Numbered from the stretch's first letter, positions 1-9,028 are shown. The stretch is 32,000 nt of DNA from Candidatus Arthromitus sp. SFB-rat-Yit (GCF_000283555.1 NC_016012.1:1470001-1502000), one strand, 5' to 3'. Notes: generated by a model not told the origin, from the sequence alone. Made by a program: numbers and translations.

Positions 1-211
1 TTTCGACTGATATAACTTTCTTTGCTCTTAAAATTAGTTTCTCTGTTAAAGCACCAAATCCAGGTCCAATTTCAATAATAACATCATCTTGTGTAATACA
101 TAGTTCATCTAATATTTCATTAAGTAAATTATCATTGTTAAAAAAATTCTGTCCTAATGATCCCTTAAATAGAAACCCATACTCCCTCTGTAATTCTCTA
201 ATATTTGTCAT
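1..211 (-). CDS. ksgA: 16S rRNA dimethyladenosine transferase RsmA/KsgA, N-terminal part (gene continues past the window's left edge)
   Basis: Reverse-strand reading from ATG at 211: MTNIRELQREYGFLFKGSLGQNFFNNDNLLNEILDELCITQDDVIIEIGPGFGALTEKLILRAKKVISVE. It contains the KsgA LGQNF and EIGPGxGxLT motifs and follows rnmV, the usual Firmicutes order. Confidence 0.95.
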   Translation of the reverse strand, partial: MTNIRELQREYGFLFKGSLGQNFFNNDNLLNEILDELCITQDDVIIEIGPGFGALTEKLILRAKKVISVE

Positions 212-758
212 TTATTATCTCCTCTAACTTTTCTAATGAAGATCTAAACATTTCCCTAGATATGTTAAAACTATTTAACCTAGATAAAAATTTTTTTCCA
301 TTAGATATTCCAATTCCTAAAATATCTCCCAAAATCTCTCTACGTTTCAATGAATTTTTATTCCCTACAAGTTTGTTATCAAATAAATCCTTTTCTGTGA
401 ACTCATTTCTCTTATAGTTTAACTCACATTTTGCATTTTCTAAAGCTGAAATTATATCTTCAGGCTTAGCATTTTCAACTCCTATATCACCATTTTTAGT
501 ACTTTTATCTCTTGCTATATAAGCATGTTTAACACCCTTTATATTATCTGCAATTTTCTTTCTTATCCTATCACCTGCAGAATCTGAGTCCATAAGAAGT
601 ATAACTCCACATCTTTCTTGTGCGTTTTTAATCAAATTCATAGTTTTTTTGGATATACCAAATCCAGATACATATATAACTTCAGCATCAACTCCACGCT
701 TAACTGCAATTTCATCACATATACCTTCAACTACTATAACTTCCTTAATTTTAATCAT
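198..758 (-). CDS. rnmV: Ribonuclease M5 (5S rRNA maturation, Toprim domain)
   Basis: IKEVIVVEGICDEIAVKRGVDAEVIYVSGFG, VILLMDSDSAGDRIRKKI and YIARDKSTKNGDIGVENAKPEDI match RNase M5/Toprim. Adjacent to ksgA and overlaps it by about 14 bp. Confidence 0.95.
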   Translation of the reverse strand: MIKIKEVIVVEGICDEIAVKRGVDAEVIYVSGFGISKKTMNLIKNAQERCGVILLMDSDSAGDRIRKKIADNIKGVKHAYIARDKSTKNGDIGVENAKPEDIISALENAKCELNYKRNEFTEKDLFDNKLVGNKNSLKRREILGDILGIGISNGKKFLSRLNSFNISREMFRSSLEKLEEIINDKY

Positions 759-825
759 TAAATATCCTCCCCTATAATAAAAAATGCTACAATACTTAAA
801 ATAAATATTATAGCAAATTTTAAAA

Positions 826-1881
826 CTATTCTAATATATATATTCTTATTCCTTTTTTTCTTCCCCAATTATACGCAGCTTCTCTACTCGGCATAAAAAC
901 ATCTATTATATCTCCCTTTATAGCTCCTCCAGTATCGTGAGCTATGGCAAAACCATACCCCTCAACATATACTTTTGTATTAAGAGGTATAACTTTTGGA
1001 TCAACCGCAATAGTACTCCATCCAGCAGGATTATAAACCGTTGGATTTCCTGTAGCTGTTATGTGATTGCCATTAGATCCACTATTATAAAAAGCGGTGG
1101 ACTCTACTAATTTAGAATACTTTATTAAATATTCTTCACCTAAAAACAGTATTTTTTCTCCATTTAAATGTAAATTAGAAGAGTTTTGTTCTATATATTT
1201 AACACTTCTACTCTTCGTTCCTTTTTCAATTACTTTATCAATGGATTGATCTTCTATACCATCATAAATAATATTACTACTAACTTCAATATTGTTTTCA
1301 TAACGTTTTTCAGTTTTAATAAGTCTTATTCCATTCTTACCTTCTTGGATTAAGTTTTCTTCATCTATATATAAATCATCATTATATATAGTCTTAACTT
1401 CAAAAGGAATTTCTATTCTATCTTCATTGATTTTTATATCAACATATTTAATAAAAATCTCTTCATCTGGAATAATGTAACTATACAAAGATGGCTCAAC
1501 TATATCATTATCATCTATCTTTATTTCTCTCTCTTTCAATAGATCTTCTATAGTTTTGGATGTTGTCATAATTTCATATGGGTCATTATTCCCTAAATAT
1601 AAAACAACCGGGAATGGATTATTTAAAACACCCTCATCTTCATATTCTGTATTAAAAACTCTTGATGGTTCTAATGCCTCCGCCCTATTTTGTAAGACTG
1701 TACTATTTTCTGTTAACATATCTCCAACTTCATTTTCTGCTTTATATGTTGAAATCTCAATTCCATCGACAACAAGTATAACCGGCTTGTTCATATAAAT
1801 AACTAAATAAAATAATATAACAAAAATTAACAAGCTAGCTAAAGAAAACAGCACAGTCTTTATCGACCTTGATTTTACCAT
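826..1881 (-). CDS. YabE-like cell-wall protein: N-terminal membrane anchor, DUF348/G5-like region, C-terminal 3D domain
   Basis: Hydrophobic N-terminus and C-terminal ATGNPTVYNPAGWSTIAVDPKVIPLNTKVYVEGYGFAIAHDTGGAIKGDIIDVFM (3D domain with its conserved Asp residues). Located between tatD and rnmV. Confidence 0.88.
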   Translation of the reverse strand: MVKSRSIKTVLFSLASLLIFVILFYLVIYMNKPVILVVDGIEISTYKAENEVGDMLTENSTVLQNRAEALEPSRVFNTEYEDEGVLNNPFPVVLYLGNNDPYEIMTTSKTIEDLLKEREIKIDDNDIVEPSLYSYIIPDEEIFIKYVDIKINEDRIEIPFEVKTIYNDDLYIDEENLIQEGKNGIRLIKTEKRYENNIEVSSNIIYDGIEDQSIDKVIEKGTKSRSVKYIEQNSSNLHLNGEKILFLGEEYLIKYSKLVESTAFYNSGSNGNHITATGNPTVYNPAGWSTIAVDPKVIPLNTKVYVEGYGFAIAHDTGGAIKGDIIDVFMPSREAAYNWGRKKGIRIYILE

Positions 1882-1911
1882 AATTCCCCCCTAATAAAAC
1901 CTTAATATACA

Positions 1912-2679
1912 TTATAAACTTAAAAATTTTGATGCATTTTTATATAACGTATCCCCAATTTTATAGAAGTCTTCATTTTTTACTTCAGCTATTTTTTTTA
2001 TAACATAATTTATATTTATTGATTCATTCCTTTTTCCTCTAAATGGTACAGGCGAAAGGTAAGGACAATCTGTCTCTGTTAAAAGATATTCAATTGGAAT
2101 TTCTTTTATTACTTGTACTATCTTAACAGCATTTTTAAATGTTGAAATACCTGATATACCTAAATAAAACCCAAGTTTAATCCATTTTTTTGCAGTTTCT
2201 AAACTTCCAGAAAAACAATGAATAACACCTCTTATTGGCATAAATTCCTTAATTATATTAAATGTATCTTCATGAGCATCTCTACAATGAATTACAACCG
2301 GCTTATCTAGTTGCTTAGCAATACTTAACTGATTTTTAAATATATCCTTTTGTATTTCCTTATCATCATCATAATAATAATCCAATCCTATTTCACCTAC
2401 TGCTAAAACTTTATGATGTTTATGAAATTTATACAAATCATCCTCATAATTTATTTTATAATAATATTTAGAATAACTTGGATGTATTCCACAAGCCCCA
2501 TATACGAAATCATATTTATCAATGATTTCAATCGTTTTTTTGCAAGAATCAATATCTACAGCACAATTTAATATTTTTTCCACACCACTATCAAATTGTT
2601 TTTTAATAACTTCATCCCTATCTTTAGAAAAACTTTCATCATAATAATGAGAATGAGTTTCAAAAATTTTCAAAGACAT
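1912..2679 (-). CDS. tatD: TatD family hydrolase (metal-dependent DNase)
   Basis: ETHSHYYDESF, AVGEIGLDYYYD, PVVIHCRDAHEDT, GVIHCFSGS and LTETDCPYLSPVPFRGKRNES are TatD signatures. Confidence 0.95.
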   Translation of the reverse strand: MSLKIFETHSHYYDESFSKDRDEVIKKQFDSGVEKILNCAVDIDSCKKTIEIIDKYDFVYGACGIHPSYSKYYYKINYEDDLYKFHKHHKVLAVGEIGLDYYYDDDKEIQKDIFKNQLSIAKQLDKPVVIHCRDAHEDTFNIIKEFMPIRGVIHCFSGSLETAKKWIKLGFYLGISGISTFKNAVKIVQVIKEIPIEYLLTETDCPYLSPVPFRGKRNESININYVIKKIAEVKNEDFYKIGDTLYKNASKFLSL

Positions 2680-2703
2680 TTTATTGCTCCTTTCATTCTA
2701 TAC

Positions 2704-2732
2704 ATGATACAGTCATTACTTTTTGGTGTCAA
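2704..2732 (-). promoter_or_regulatory. Sigma-70-type promoter for tatD
   Basis: Minus strand: TTGACA, 17 nt spacer, TATCAT, a short distance upstream of the tatD ATG with an AAAGGAG ribosome binding site. Confidence 0.65.
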
Positions 2733-2758
2733 CTTGACAAAATTTGGATTTTATGATT

Positions 2759-2808
2759 GTTTTTATAATTATCCTAAGCCCCAAAATTTTTATGATAATT
2801 ATAAAAAC
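2759..2808. repeat. Inverted repeat between divergent tatD and tRNA promoters
   Basis: GTTTTTATAATTATC (2759-2773) and GATAATTATAAAAAC (2794-2808) are perfect 15-nt inverted arms separated by 20 nt. Confidence 0.7.
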
Positions 2809-2812
2809 AATA

Positions 2813-2842
2813 TTGACATAAATAAAATAATAGTATATACTC
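2813..2842 (+). promoter_or_regulatory. Sigma-70-type promoter of the tRNA cluster
   Basis: TTGACA, 18 nt spacer, TATACT, ending 18 nt before the first tRNA base. Confidence 0.75.
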
Positions 2843-2859
2843 TAGAAGGTAGTTAGTTG

Positions 2860-2934
2860 GCCCGTTGGTCAAGCGGTTAAGACACCACCCTTTCACGGTG
2901 GTAACACGGGTTCGATTCCCGTACGGGTCACCAT
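2860..2934 (+). tRNA. tRNA-Glu(TTC)
   Basis: GGCCCGTTGGTCAAGCGGTTAAGACACCACCCTTTCACGGTGGTAACACGGGTTCGATTCCCGTACGGGTCACCA; cloverleaf pairs, encoded CCA, anticodon loop CTTTCAC. Confidence 0.97.
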
Positions 2935-2951
2935 TGTTAAAATATTTATCT

Positions 2952-3027
2952 GGGCGCATAGCTCAGCTGGGAGAGCATCTGCCTTACAAGCAGGAGGTCA
3001 CAGGTTCGATCCCTGTTGTGCCCACCA
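2952..3027 (+). tRNA. tRNA-Val(TAC)
   Basis: GGGCGCATAGCTCAGCTGGGAGAGCATCTGCCTTACAAGCAGGAGGTCACAGGTTCGATCCCTGTTGTGCCCACCA; anticodon TAC. Confidence 0.97.
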
Positions 3028-3032
3028 TTTTT

Positions 3033-3109
3033 GGCTCAGTAGCTCAGTTGGTTAGAGTGCCGGCCTGTCACGCCGGAGGTCGAGGGTTCGAGCCCCTTCT
3101 GAGTCGCCA
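3033..3109 (+). tRNA. tRNA-Asp(GTC)
   Basis: GGCTCAGTAGCTCAGTTGGTTAGAGTGCCGGCCTGTCACGCCGGAGGTCGAGGGTTCGAGCCCCTTCTGAGTCGCCA; anticodon GTC. Confidence 0.97.
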
Positions 3110-3115
3110 TTTTAT

Positions 3116-3190
3116 GGCCCGTTGGTCAAGCGGTTAAGACACCACCCTTTCACGGTGGTAACACGGGTTCGATTCCCGTACGGGTCACCA
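3116..3190 (+). tRNA. tRNA-Glu(TTC), identical to the copy at 2860-2934
   Basis: Same 75-nt sequence including CCA. Confidence 0.97.
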
Positions 3191-3200
3191 TAAACGTAAA

Positions 3201-3234
3201 AAAGAAGAAGGTAAAATTACCTTCTTCTTTTTTA
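3201..3234. terminator. Terminator between the tRNA cluster and the transketolase operon, probably bidirectional
   Basis: AAAGAAGAAGGTAA-AA-TTACCTTCTTCTTT stem followed by a T run. Confidence 0.85.
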
Positions 3235-3247
3235 TTATTATAATCTA

Positions 3248-4168
3248 CTATTTTAATAAATTTCTACACTTTTCAATTATCGTTTTACTTGTCATACAAT
3301 ATTTATCTAATAAAAAATTAACCGATCCTACTTCCCCAAAATGATCATTTACCCCAACACTATTTATCAAAGCTGGAGAATATCTACATGAAATCTCACA
3401 AATAGCACTATAAAGTCCACCTATAATATTATGATTTTCAACCGTAACAGCTTTTTTAGTTTTAAGTAATGAGTTCTTAATTGTGTCAATATCAATTGGC
3501 TTTATAACAGGTACTGATATAAGTTCTACACTTACACCCTCTTTTTCTAAAATCTCACTAGCTTTAATACACTCATTTACCATAATCCCAGTAGTAAATA
3601 TTGTAATATCTTTTCCACTTTTTAAAATATCAGCTTTATTTATGTCAAATTTATAATTATCATCATATATTTTAGGAATTTGTTTTCTAGCTATTCTTAT
3701 ATATATAACTCCTTTTTTATTTACAGTATTTAATAATACTTCTCTTAATTGAATCTCATCAACAACATCTATTATAGTTATGCCCGGTATGCTTCTTAAA
3801 ACCCCTATATCTTCAAAGCTCATATGAGTTCCACCATTTAATTCTGCGCAAACACCCGAATCTGTTGATATAATTTTTACATTTTGCTTTGCATAACACA
3901 TAGAAATAGCTATTTGATCACATATTCTTCTTGATGCAAATGGAGTAAATGTACATATATATGGATTCATACCATAAGCACTCATACCCGCTGCCATACC
4001 AGCCATATTAGCTTCACTTATACCAACATCAAAAGCTCTATCTTTATAAATTTCTCTAAGTTTCATAGTCCCATTAGCTTCAGCTAAATCTGCATCCATA
4101 AATACGACATTACTATTCTCACTCATAATTTCATTCATTGTATTAAATAATACCTGTCTCATTTCCAT
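3248..4168 (-). CDS. Transketolase, C-terminal subunit
   Basis: 306 aa; MEMRQVLFNTMNEI, DVGISEANMAGMAAGMSAYG, TFTPFASRRICDQI and KAVTVENHNIIGGLYSAICEI match the split-transketolase C-terminal half. Confidence 0.93.
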   Translation of the reverse strand: MEMRQVLFNTMNEIMSENSNVVFMDADLAEANGTMKLREIYKDRAFDVGISEANMAGMAAGMSAYGMNPYICTFTPFASRRICDQIAISMCYAKQNVKIISTDSGVCAELNGGTHMSFEDIGVLRSIPGITIIDVVDEIQLREVLLNTVNKKGVIYIRIARKQIPKIYDDNYKFDINKADILKSGKDITIFTTGIMVNECIKASEILEKEGVSVELISVPVIKPIDIDTIKNSLLKTKKAVTVENHNIIGGLYSAICEISCRYSPALINSVGVNDHFGEVGSVNFLLDKYCMTSKTIIEKCRNLLK

Positions 4169-4183
4169 AATTAAAAGCCTCCT

Positions 4184-5002
4184 TTATGATAATTCTTTAA
4201 TTGATTTTTCAAATTCATCTTCACTTAATCCCATACTATGATTTTTATATCCAACATTTTCAACTACAGAAACACCTTTACCTTTTATAGTATTAAGTAC
4301 TATAGCTACAGGATTATCTTGCTTTTTACCTTCACAAATAGCATTGTGAATTTCTTCAAAATTATGTCCATCAACACTTTTAGTATAAAACCCAAATGAC
4401 TCCCACTTTTTGTGCATATCACCCATATCTAGAATATCAACTAAATTACCATCTAATTGCATTTTATTATAATCGATAAATACTATAAGATTATTCAACT
4501 TAAACGCAGATGCAGCAATAGCAGCTTCCCAAACTTGACCTTCGTTACACTCTCCATCACCAACTATAGTGTATATATAACAATCATCCTTCTTAATTTT
4601 AGCTGATTTAGCCATTCCAACAGCACAACTTATCCCTTGCCCTAAAGATCCAGTAGTCATATCAATTCCATTTGTTTTATTCATATCGCAATGACTTGGA
4701 AGAGATGTATTTTCCTTGTTAAGAGTCATCAAATCTTTCTTATCTATATACCCTTTATCTGCAAGTACTGCATATAAAGCAGGTCCCGCATGCCCTTTAG
4801 ATAAAACAAGCCTATCTCTATTTTCCATTTTAGGGTTATTTACATCTATTTTCATTTCAAAATTATATAAAAGCACCAATGTATCTACTATAGATAAACT
4901 TCCTCCATAGTGTCCTTTCCCTAAATTATGAATCTCTTCTAACAACATCTTTCTTATTTCTTTAGATTTATTCTGCAATTTTTCCAAATCGTTACAATTC
5001 AT
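4184..5002 (-). CDS. Transketolase, N-terminal (thiamine diphosphate-binding) subunit
   Basis: 272 aa; GHYGGSLSIVDTLVLLY, RLVLSKGHAGPALYAVLA, GSLGQGISCAVGMAKSAK and GDGECNEGQVWEAAIAASAFKLNNLIVFIDYNKMQLDG. Confidence 0.95.
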   Translation of the reverse strand: MNCNDLEKLQNKSKEIRKMLLEEIHNLGKGHYGGSLSIVDTLVLLYNFEMKIDVNNPKMENRDRLVLSKGHAGPALYAVLADKGYIDKKDLMTLNKENTSLPSHCDMNKTNGIDMTTGSLGQGISCAVGMAKSAKIKKDDCYIYTIVGDGECNEGQVWEAAIAASAFKLNNLIVFIDYNKMQLDGNLVDILDMGDMHKKWESFGFYTKSVDGHNFEEIHNAICEGKKQDNPVAIVLNTIKGKGVSVVENVGYKNHSMGLSEDEFEKSIKELS

Positions 5003-5035
5003 TTTAAATTACCTCCTATTTTGAAGTTCACATTC

Positions 5036-5833
5036 TTAAAATATGGGTTTTACAAAACCATTATATTTTACATTTATAAATTTAAAATTTTCATAGCTAT
5101 TTAAATAATTAGCAATTTCTTTAAGTTTTACTGATGTAATCATATCTTCTCTAGTTACAAAAATGTTAAATTTTAAATCATTATCAAATGATTTCTCATA
5201 AAATATACCAACCTCCTTAGGGTTTATATTATTTCCCATAGCAACATTTGTGTTTAAAACAATCAAGTCTGATTCATTAAAATAATATGGAACATCATTA
5301 ATATCAACTTGATTTATTATTAAATTTTTAGGATTATTTATAATAGTATACGATCCATCTAATTCTTCTGCTAGTGTAACAAACCCTGCATCTTCTAAAA
5401 GTTTTAAAGATCTATTTCTATTTATAAAATCACTTGGTATGTATACAATATCTTCATTTTCAACCTTATCAAGGGTTCTATATTTACTACTATAAATAAT
5501 TAAAGGTTCAACATGTACAGGAGTAATTTCTACAAGCTTAATTTCACTAGTTAAATTAAACCTATTTAAATATTCCCTTGTTTGAAAAAAATTAGCATCT
5601 AAATTTCCATCAACTAAATCTTTATTCAATTTATCTTGATCAACATAAGTTATTATATCGAAGTCTTCTTTAAATACATTTTTTATATTTTGTAAAATTT
5701 CCCCATAAGGTACACTTGTAACTCCTATTCTTATTTTTTTATCATTATCATCATTCAATACTAAATTAGATGAACATGAAGTAAAAATATAAATGAAAAT
5801 AGACATCAAAAATACGCCTAAAAATTTATTCAT
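5036..5833 (-). CDS. MetQ/NlpA family substrate-binding lipoprotein
   Basis: Lipobox-like IFTSCSS near the N-terminus; IRIGVTSVPYGEIL, DGNLDANFFQTREYLNRFN and KNLIINQVDINDVPYYFNESDLIVLNTNVA resemble NlpA proteins. Confidence 0.85.
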   Translation of the reverse strand: MNKFLGVFLMSIFIYIFTSCSSNLVLNDDNDKKIRIGVTSVPYGEILQNIKNVFKEDFDIITYVDQDKLNKDLVDGNLDANFFQTREYLNRFNLTSEIKLVEITPVHVEPLIIYSSKYRTLDKVENEDIVYIPSDFINRNRSLKLLEDAGFVTLAEELDGSYTIINNPKNLIINQVDINDVPYYFNESDLIVLNTNVAMGNNINPKEVGIFYEKSFDNDLKFNIFVTREDMITSVKLKEIANYLNSYENFKFINVKYNGFVKPIF

Positions 5834-5867
5834 AAAGTCCTCCTAATTAATGCATACACTATAAAAT

Positions 5868-6365
5868 TTAAACACGTGATAAACCAAAATTAAATTTTAG
5901 TAAATTATATTTATTTGCTATAAATCTACAATTATCTATCATATTAAATATATTTTCTATAAAAATATCATCTGTTGCAGAAAAAATATTATTTTGTAAA
6001 AATTCATTATCTACTGTACCTAGTAAATCATTTAATAAATTAACTATATATTTTCTACTTAAATTACCAGAAGATAAATTTTTATTTATATTATCAACAA
6101 GAGATTTTATTCTAAATTTAACATTCATATATCCATCACGAATTTCTTTTATAGAATACTTACTTAGTATGTTAGTTTCCATATATTTGATATTTTCTTT
6201 AATAAACATATTTTCTAAATTATCTAAATCATTAAATATTTTTTCAACATCCTGTATGTACATATTTTTTAAGTTTCTTATATCTGATTTAAAGAAACTT
6301 AAAATTCCTAAAAATAAAATAATTACAATTAAAATCAAAAAATATTTATTAACTTTTATATTCAT
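5868..6365 (-). CDS. Hypothetical protein with N-terminal transmembrane segment
   Basis: 165 aa; MNIKVNKYFLILIVIILFLGILSFF anchor then an alpha-rich region; follows the same strand as the lipoprotein gene. Confidence 0.6.
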   Translation of the reverse strand: MNIKVNKYFLILIVIILFLGILSFFKSDIRNLKNMYIQDVEKIFNDLDNLENMFIKENIKYMETNILSKYSIKEIRDGYMNVKFRIKSLVDNINKNLSSGNLSRKYIVNLLNDLLGTVDNEFLQNNIFSATDDIFIENIFNMIDNCRFIANKYNLLKFNFGLSRV

Positions 6366-6461
6366 GATCCCCCCTAAATAAACATATATCCCTCCAAAAA
6401 TTATACCATTTGTATTTAAAATAATAAATCAAAATATATAAATATTATTTATATAAATAAA

Positions 6462-6493
6462 AAATAACTATTGATTAAAATCAATAGTTATTT
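6462..6493 (-). terminator. Terminator downstream of the SleC-like gene
   Basis: AAATAACTATTGATT-AA-AATCAATAGTTATTT perfect 15-bp stem; on the minus strand it is followed by a T-rich stretch. Confidence 0.8.
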
Positions 6494-6500
6494 AGTAAAT

Positions 6501-7841
6501 TTAATACTTAATTGGAGATATTTTATCGATAGGACAATATGGAATAAATTCTGTTAATTCTCTACTTGATTGCCTAAGCTCAGCCATTTCTGTAACTGCA
6601 ACATAAATATTAGAAATAGCATACCAAGTATCGTACTCAACTATACCTGATATATTAACATTAAATATTTCTTGAAATTTTCTAACAGCATCTCTAGTAA
6701 CATTACCATATATACCATCTTCATAAACTTTAGGTATTGCTGGATAATTTCTCGAAATTACATTTAAATATTTTTGTATATTTTTAACATCAGAACCTTG
6801 ACTACCAACTCTTAAAGGGTATCCAGGATAAGATATTGGTATACCTTTAACTTCTTTCGCTGTTACCAAATCCAAATTTGTACCATAAAAATTCGTTAAT
6901 ATTTCATAAGGTGTATATCCCTGATCTGCTAAATATTTACTCCCCCACTGTGTCATCCATCCAGGACATTTTACTTTACTTCCATCACAATACTGTGACA
7001 ACAAAGGCTGTTTAGATCCTGGTCTTCTCATATACGTCGTAAAAATTTCATCAACAATATTTGATATATTCTTAAATATATTTCTTCCATAATTAAATGC
7101 ATGATCATACGCTGTAGAATTTGTTATAGTAAAATCCTTACCTTTACCTCTATACCATTCTGTATATACCCTATTTAGAGTAAATGATATTATCGCATAT
7201 ATATTAGCTCTTATAGCATTCGATGGCCATGTTGAATATATTTCACAAGATGCTACATTTTTTATATATTCAGAATATCTTACTGTATAATCAGTACCTA
7301 TAGAGTTCGGTGATCCTGTATGAACCGTAATAAATTCTGGAACTACAACTTCTGATAATACAACCTGACCTGTCGATTGAGAAATGTCCTTCTCTTCTGG
7401 TTCTGGTATTTTAGGTGGATAATTACCATAAAGTGTATTTGATTCTATGTTAATTTCTTCAACTTGTCTATAAATTGATTTATTCCTATTAATCGCACTT
7501 AAATTAACAGGCTGAATTGCTTCCTCATCTCCAAATAATTGACACCCCTTTATAAATGTTTCATTAAATCCATCTCTGGAAACAACTATATCACATAACC
7601 CATATGGTCTTTCAGTTTCATACTCATTTAAAGATAATTCTATGGGCGGTGTGACTATCCCATCTAAAATAGCTATACCCGAATCATTTGTTTTTAAATA
7701 AACAACTTCTTTAACCATATTATCTTTATCATATAAAGTAATACTAACATTCGCATTATCTACTGGTTCAGGATTATTATTCATATAAGTTTGAATTTTT
7801 AAAGATCCTGTAGACATAAAAACTCCTAAAAAAGTATTCAT
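6501..7841 (-). CDS. sleC: SleC-like spore cortex-lytic protein with C-terminal peptidoglycan-binding domain; true start is probably ATG at 7817
   Basis: EFITVHTGSPNS...YIKNVASCEIYSTWPSNAIRANIYAIISFTLNRVYTEWYRGKGKDFTITN...YDHAFNYGRNIFKNISNIVDEIF resembles clostridial SleC. PG-binding domain LRVGSQGSDVKNIQKYLN...YEDGIYGNVTRDAVRKFQ. MSTGSLKIQ is preceded by TTAGGAG. Confidence 0.8.
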   Translation of the reverse strand: MNTFLGVFMSTGSLKIQTYMNNNPEPVDNANVSITLYDKDNMVKEVVYLKTNDSGIAILDGIVTPPIELSLNEYETERPYGLCDIVVSRDGFNETFIKGCQLFGDEEAIQPVNLSAINRNKSIYRQVEEINIESNTLYGNYPPKIPEPEEKDISQSTGQVVLSEVVVPEFITVHTGSPNSIGTDYTVRYSEYIKNVASCEIYSTWPSNAIRANIYAIISFTLNRVYTEWYRGKGKDFTITNSTAYDHAFNYGRNIFKNISNIVDEIFTTYMRRPGSKQPLLSQYCDGSKVKCPGWMTQWGSKYLADQGYTPYEILTNFYGTNLDLVTAKEVKGIPISYPGYPLRVGSQGSDVKNIQKYLNVISRNYPAIPKVYEDGIYGNVTRDAVRKFQEIFNVNISGIVEYDTWYAISNIYVAVTEMAELRQSSRELTEFIPYCPIDKISPIKY

Positions 7842-7872
7842 ACTTAAAACTATTCTTAAAAATTAATAAAGT

Positions 7873-8238
7873 TTACTTGTTTTTCCTAAAATAATCTCTT
7901 TCTTGTTTAAATTCATCAAATAAATATGATATTTGCATATTTATTGATGTTTGTGTTGTTGTCGCAAATACTATATTTTTACTTAATTTTTTTTTGAGAA
8001 TTTTCAAATATATATCTATTTCTTTAGATACAATATTTTGAAATATAATCACTTTATCAAACCTATTATATTCCCCATCTATATTAAATTTTTCGTTTTC
8101 TATTACTTCTCCTAATGTTTTATCGAAATCATTATCATCAAACGTTATATATTTTATATTACTACTAATAAATTTTAATATATTTTTCATTTTTAATATT
8201 TCATCTTCTAAAAATCCGTATAATATAAATTTTTTCAC
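7873..8238 (-). CDS. DUF3783-like protein
   Basis: 121 aa; KFILYGFLEDEILKMKNIL, KVIIFQNIVSKEIDIYLKILKK and FATTTQTSINMQISYLFDEFKQERDYFRK follow the DUF3783 layout from memory of the family. Confidence 0.6.
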   Translation of the reverse strand: MKKFILYGFLEDEILKMKNILKFISSNIKYITFDDNDFDKTLGEVIENEKFNIDGEYNRFDKVIIFQNIVSKEIDIYLKILKKKLSKNIVFATTTQTSINMQISYLFDEFKQERDYFRKNK

Positions 8239-8239
8239 A

Positions 8240-9028
8240 CTATATCAACTCCCTTAATATTTTATAACAATATGAAACTTTACCATTATCTAAAGAATTA
8301 TATATATGAATTTTACTATTTGAATTACCTAACTCATTAGCTAAATTATTTTCTAAAAGTCTACGTTTGAGTTCCATAGCTGTTCCAAGTGATCCATCAA
8401 ATATAGGAACATCTTTACCAAAAATATTTTTAATTATATTTTTTACAAAATAATAATGCGTACAACCTAACACAATACAACTAACATTTCCTATATATCT
8501 ATATAATTCTGTATATAAATAATCAAAAATAACTTGTTCACTTTCATTCTGTTCAATCATATAAGCTAATCGATTAAGTGCAAAACATTCTATTTTATAA
8601 TGATTATATCGATTAACTAAACATTTAAGCTTATCCCCATTCACCGTAAATGGTGTAGCTAATAATAATATGTATCTATTTCTATTATTTAGATTAACAA
8701 ACTCTACTGCTGGTTTTATTGCAGGCTCTACTCCTATTATTGGTACTTTAGGCTCATACCTTTCTCTTAAAACTTTTATTGCCGCACTACTTGCAGTATT
8801 GCAAGCAACAACAATGGCCTTACAGTTATTTTCAAAAATCAAAAAATTGCATATCTTAATAGATAAATTAATTATTTCAGTTTGAGATTTACTCCCATAA
8901 GGAGAATTTTTAGAATCCCCAAAATAAATAAATGTTTCATTTTCTAAAAGTTTCATTGTTTTTATTAATACAGAAATACCTCCAATTCCAGAATCAAAAA
9001 AACCAATACTTCCACTCCTAAAATCCAT
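8240..9028 (-). CDS. murI: Glutamate racemase
   Basis: SIGFFDSGIGGISVLIKTMKLL, FIYFGDSKNSPYG, AIVVACNTASSAAI, VPIIGVEPAIKPA and NVSCIVLGCTHYYFV. Confidence 0.96.
   Translation of the reverse strand: MDFRSGSIGFFDSGIGGISVLIKTMKLLENETFIYFGDSKNSPYGSKSQTEIINLSIKICNFLIFENNCKAIVVACNTASSAAIKVLRERYEPKVPIIGVEPAIKPAVEFVNLNNRNRYILLLATPFTVNGDKLKCLVNRYNHYKIECFALNRLAYMIEQNESEQVIFDYLYTELYRYIGNVSCIVLGCTHYYFVKNIIKNIFGKDVPIFDGSLGTAMELKRRLLENNLANELGNSNSKIHIYNSLDNGKVSYCYKILRELI

Noticed and set aside
2596-2856. ORF 2596..2856(+)
   Set aside because: Antisense to the tatD 5' end and overlapping the promoter region; no recognisable domain.
2774-3137. ORFs 2774..2959(-) and 2865..3137(+)
   Set aside because: They run through four tRNA genes; strings such as NGDPYGNRTRVTTVKGWCLNRLT are the familiar translation of tRNA sequence.
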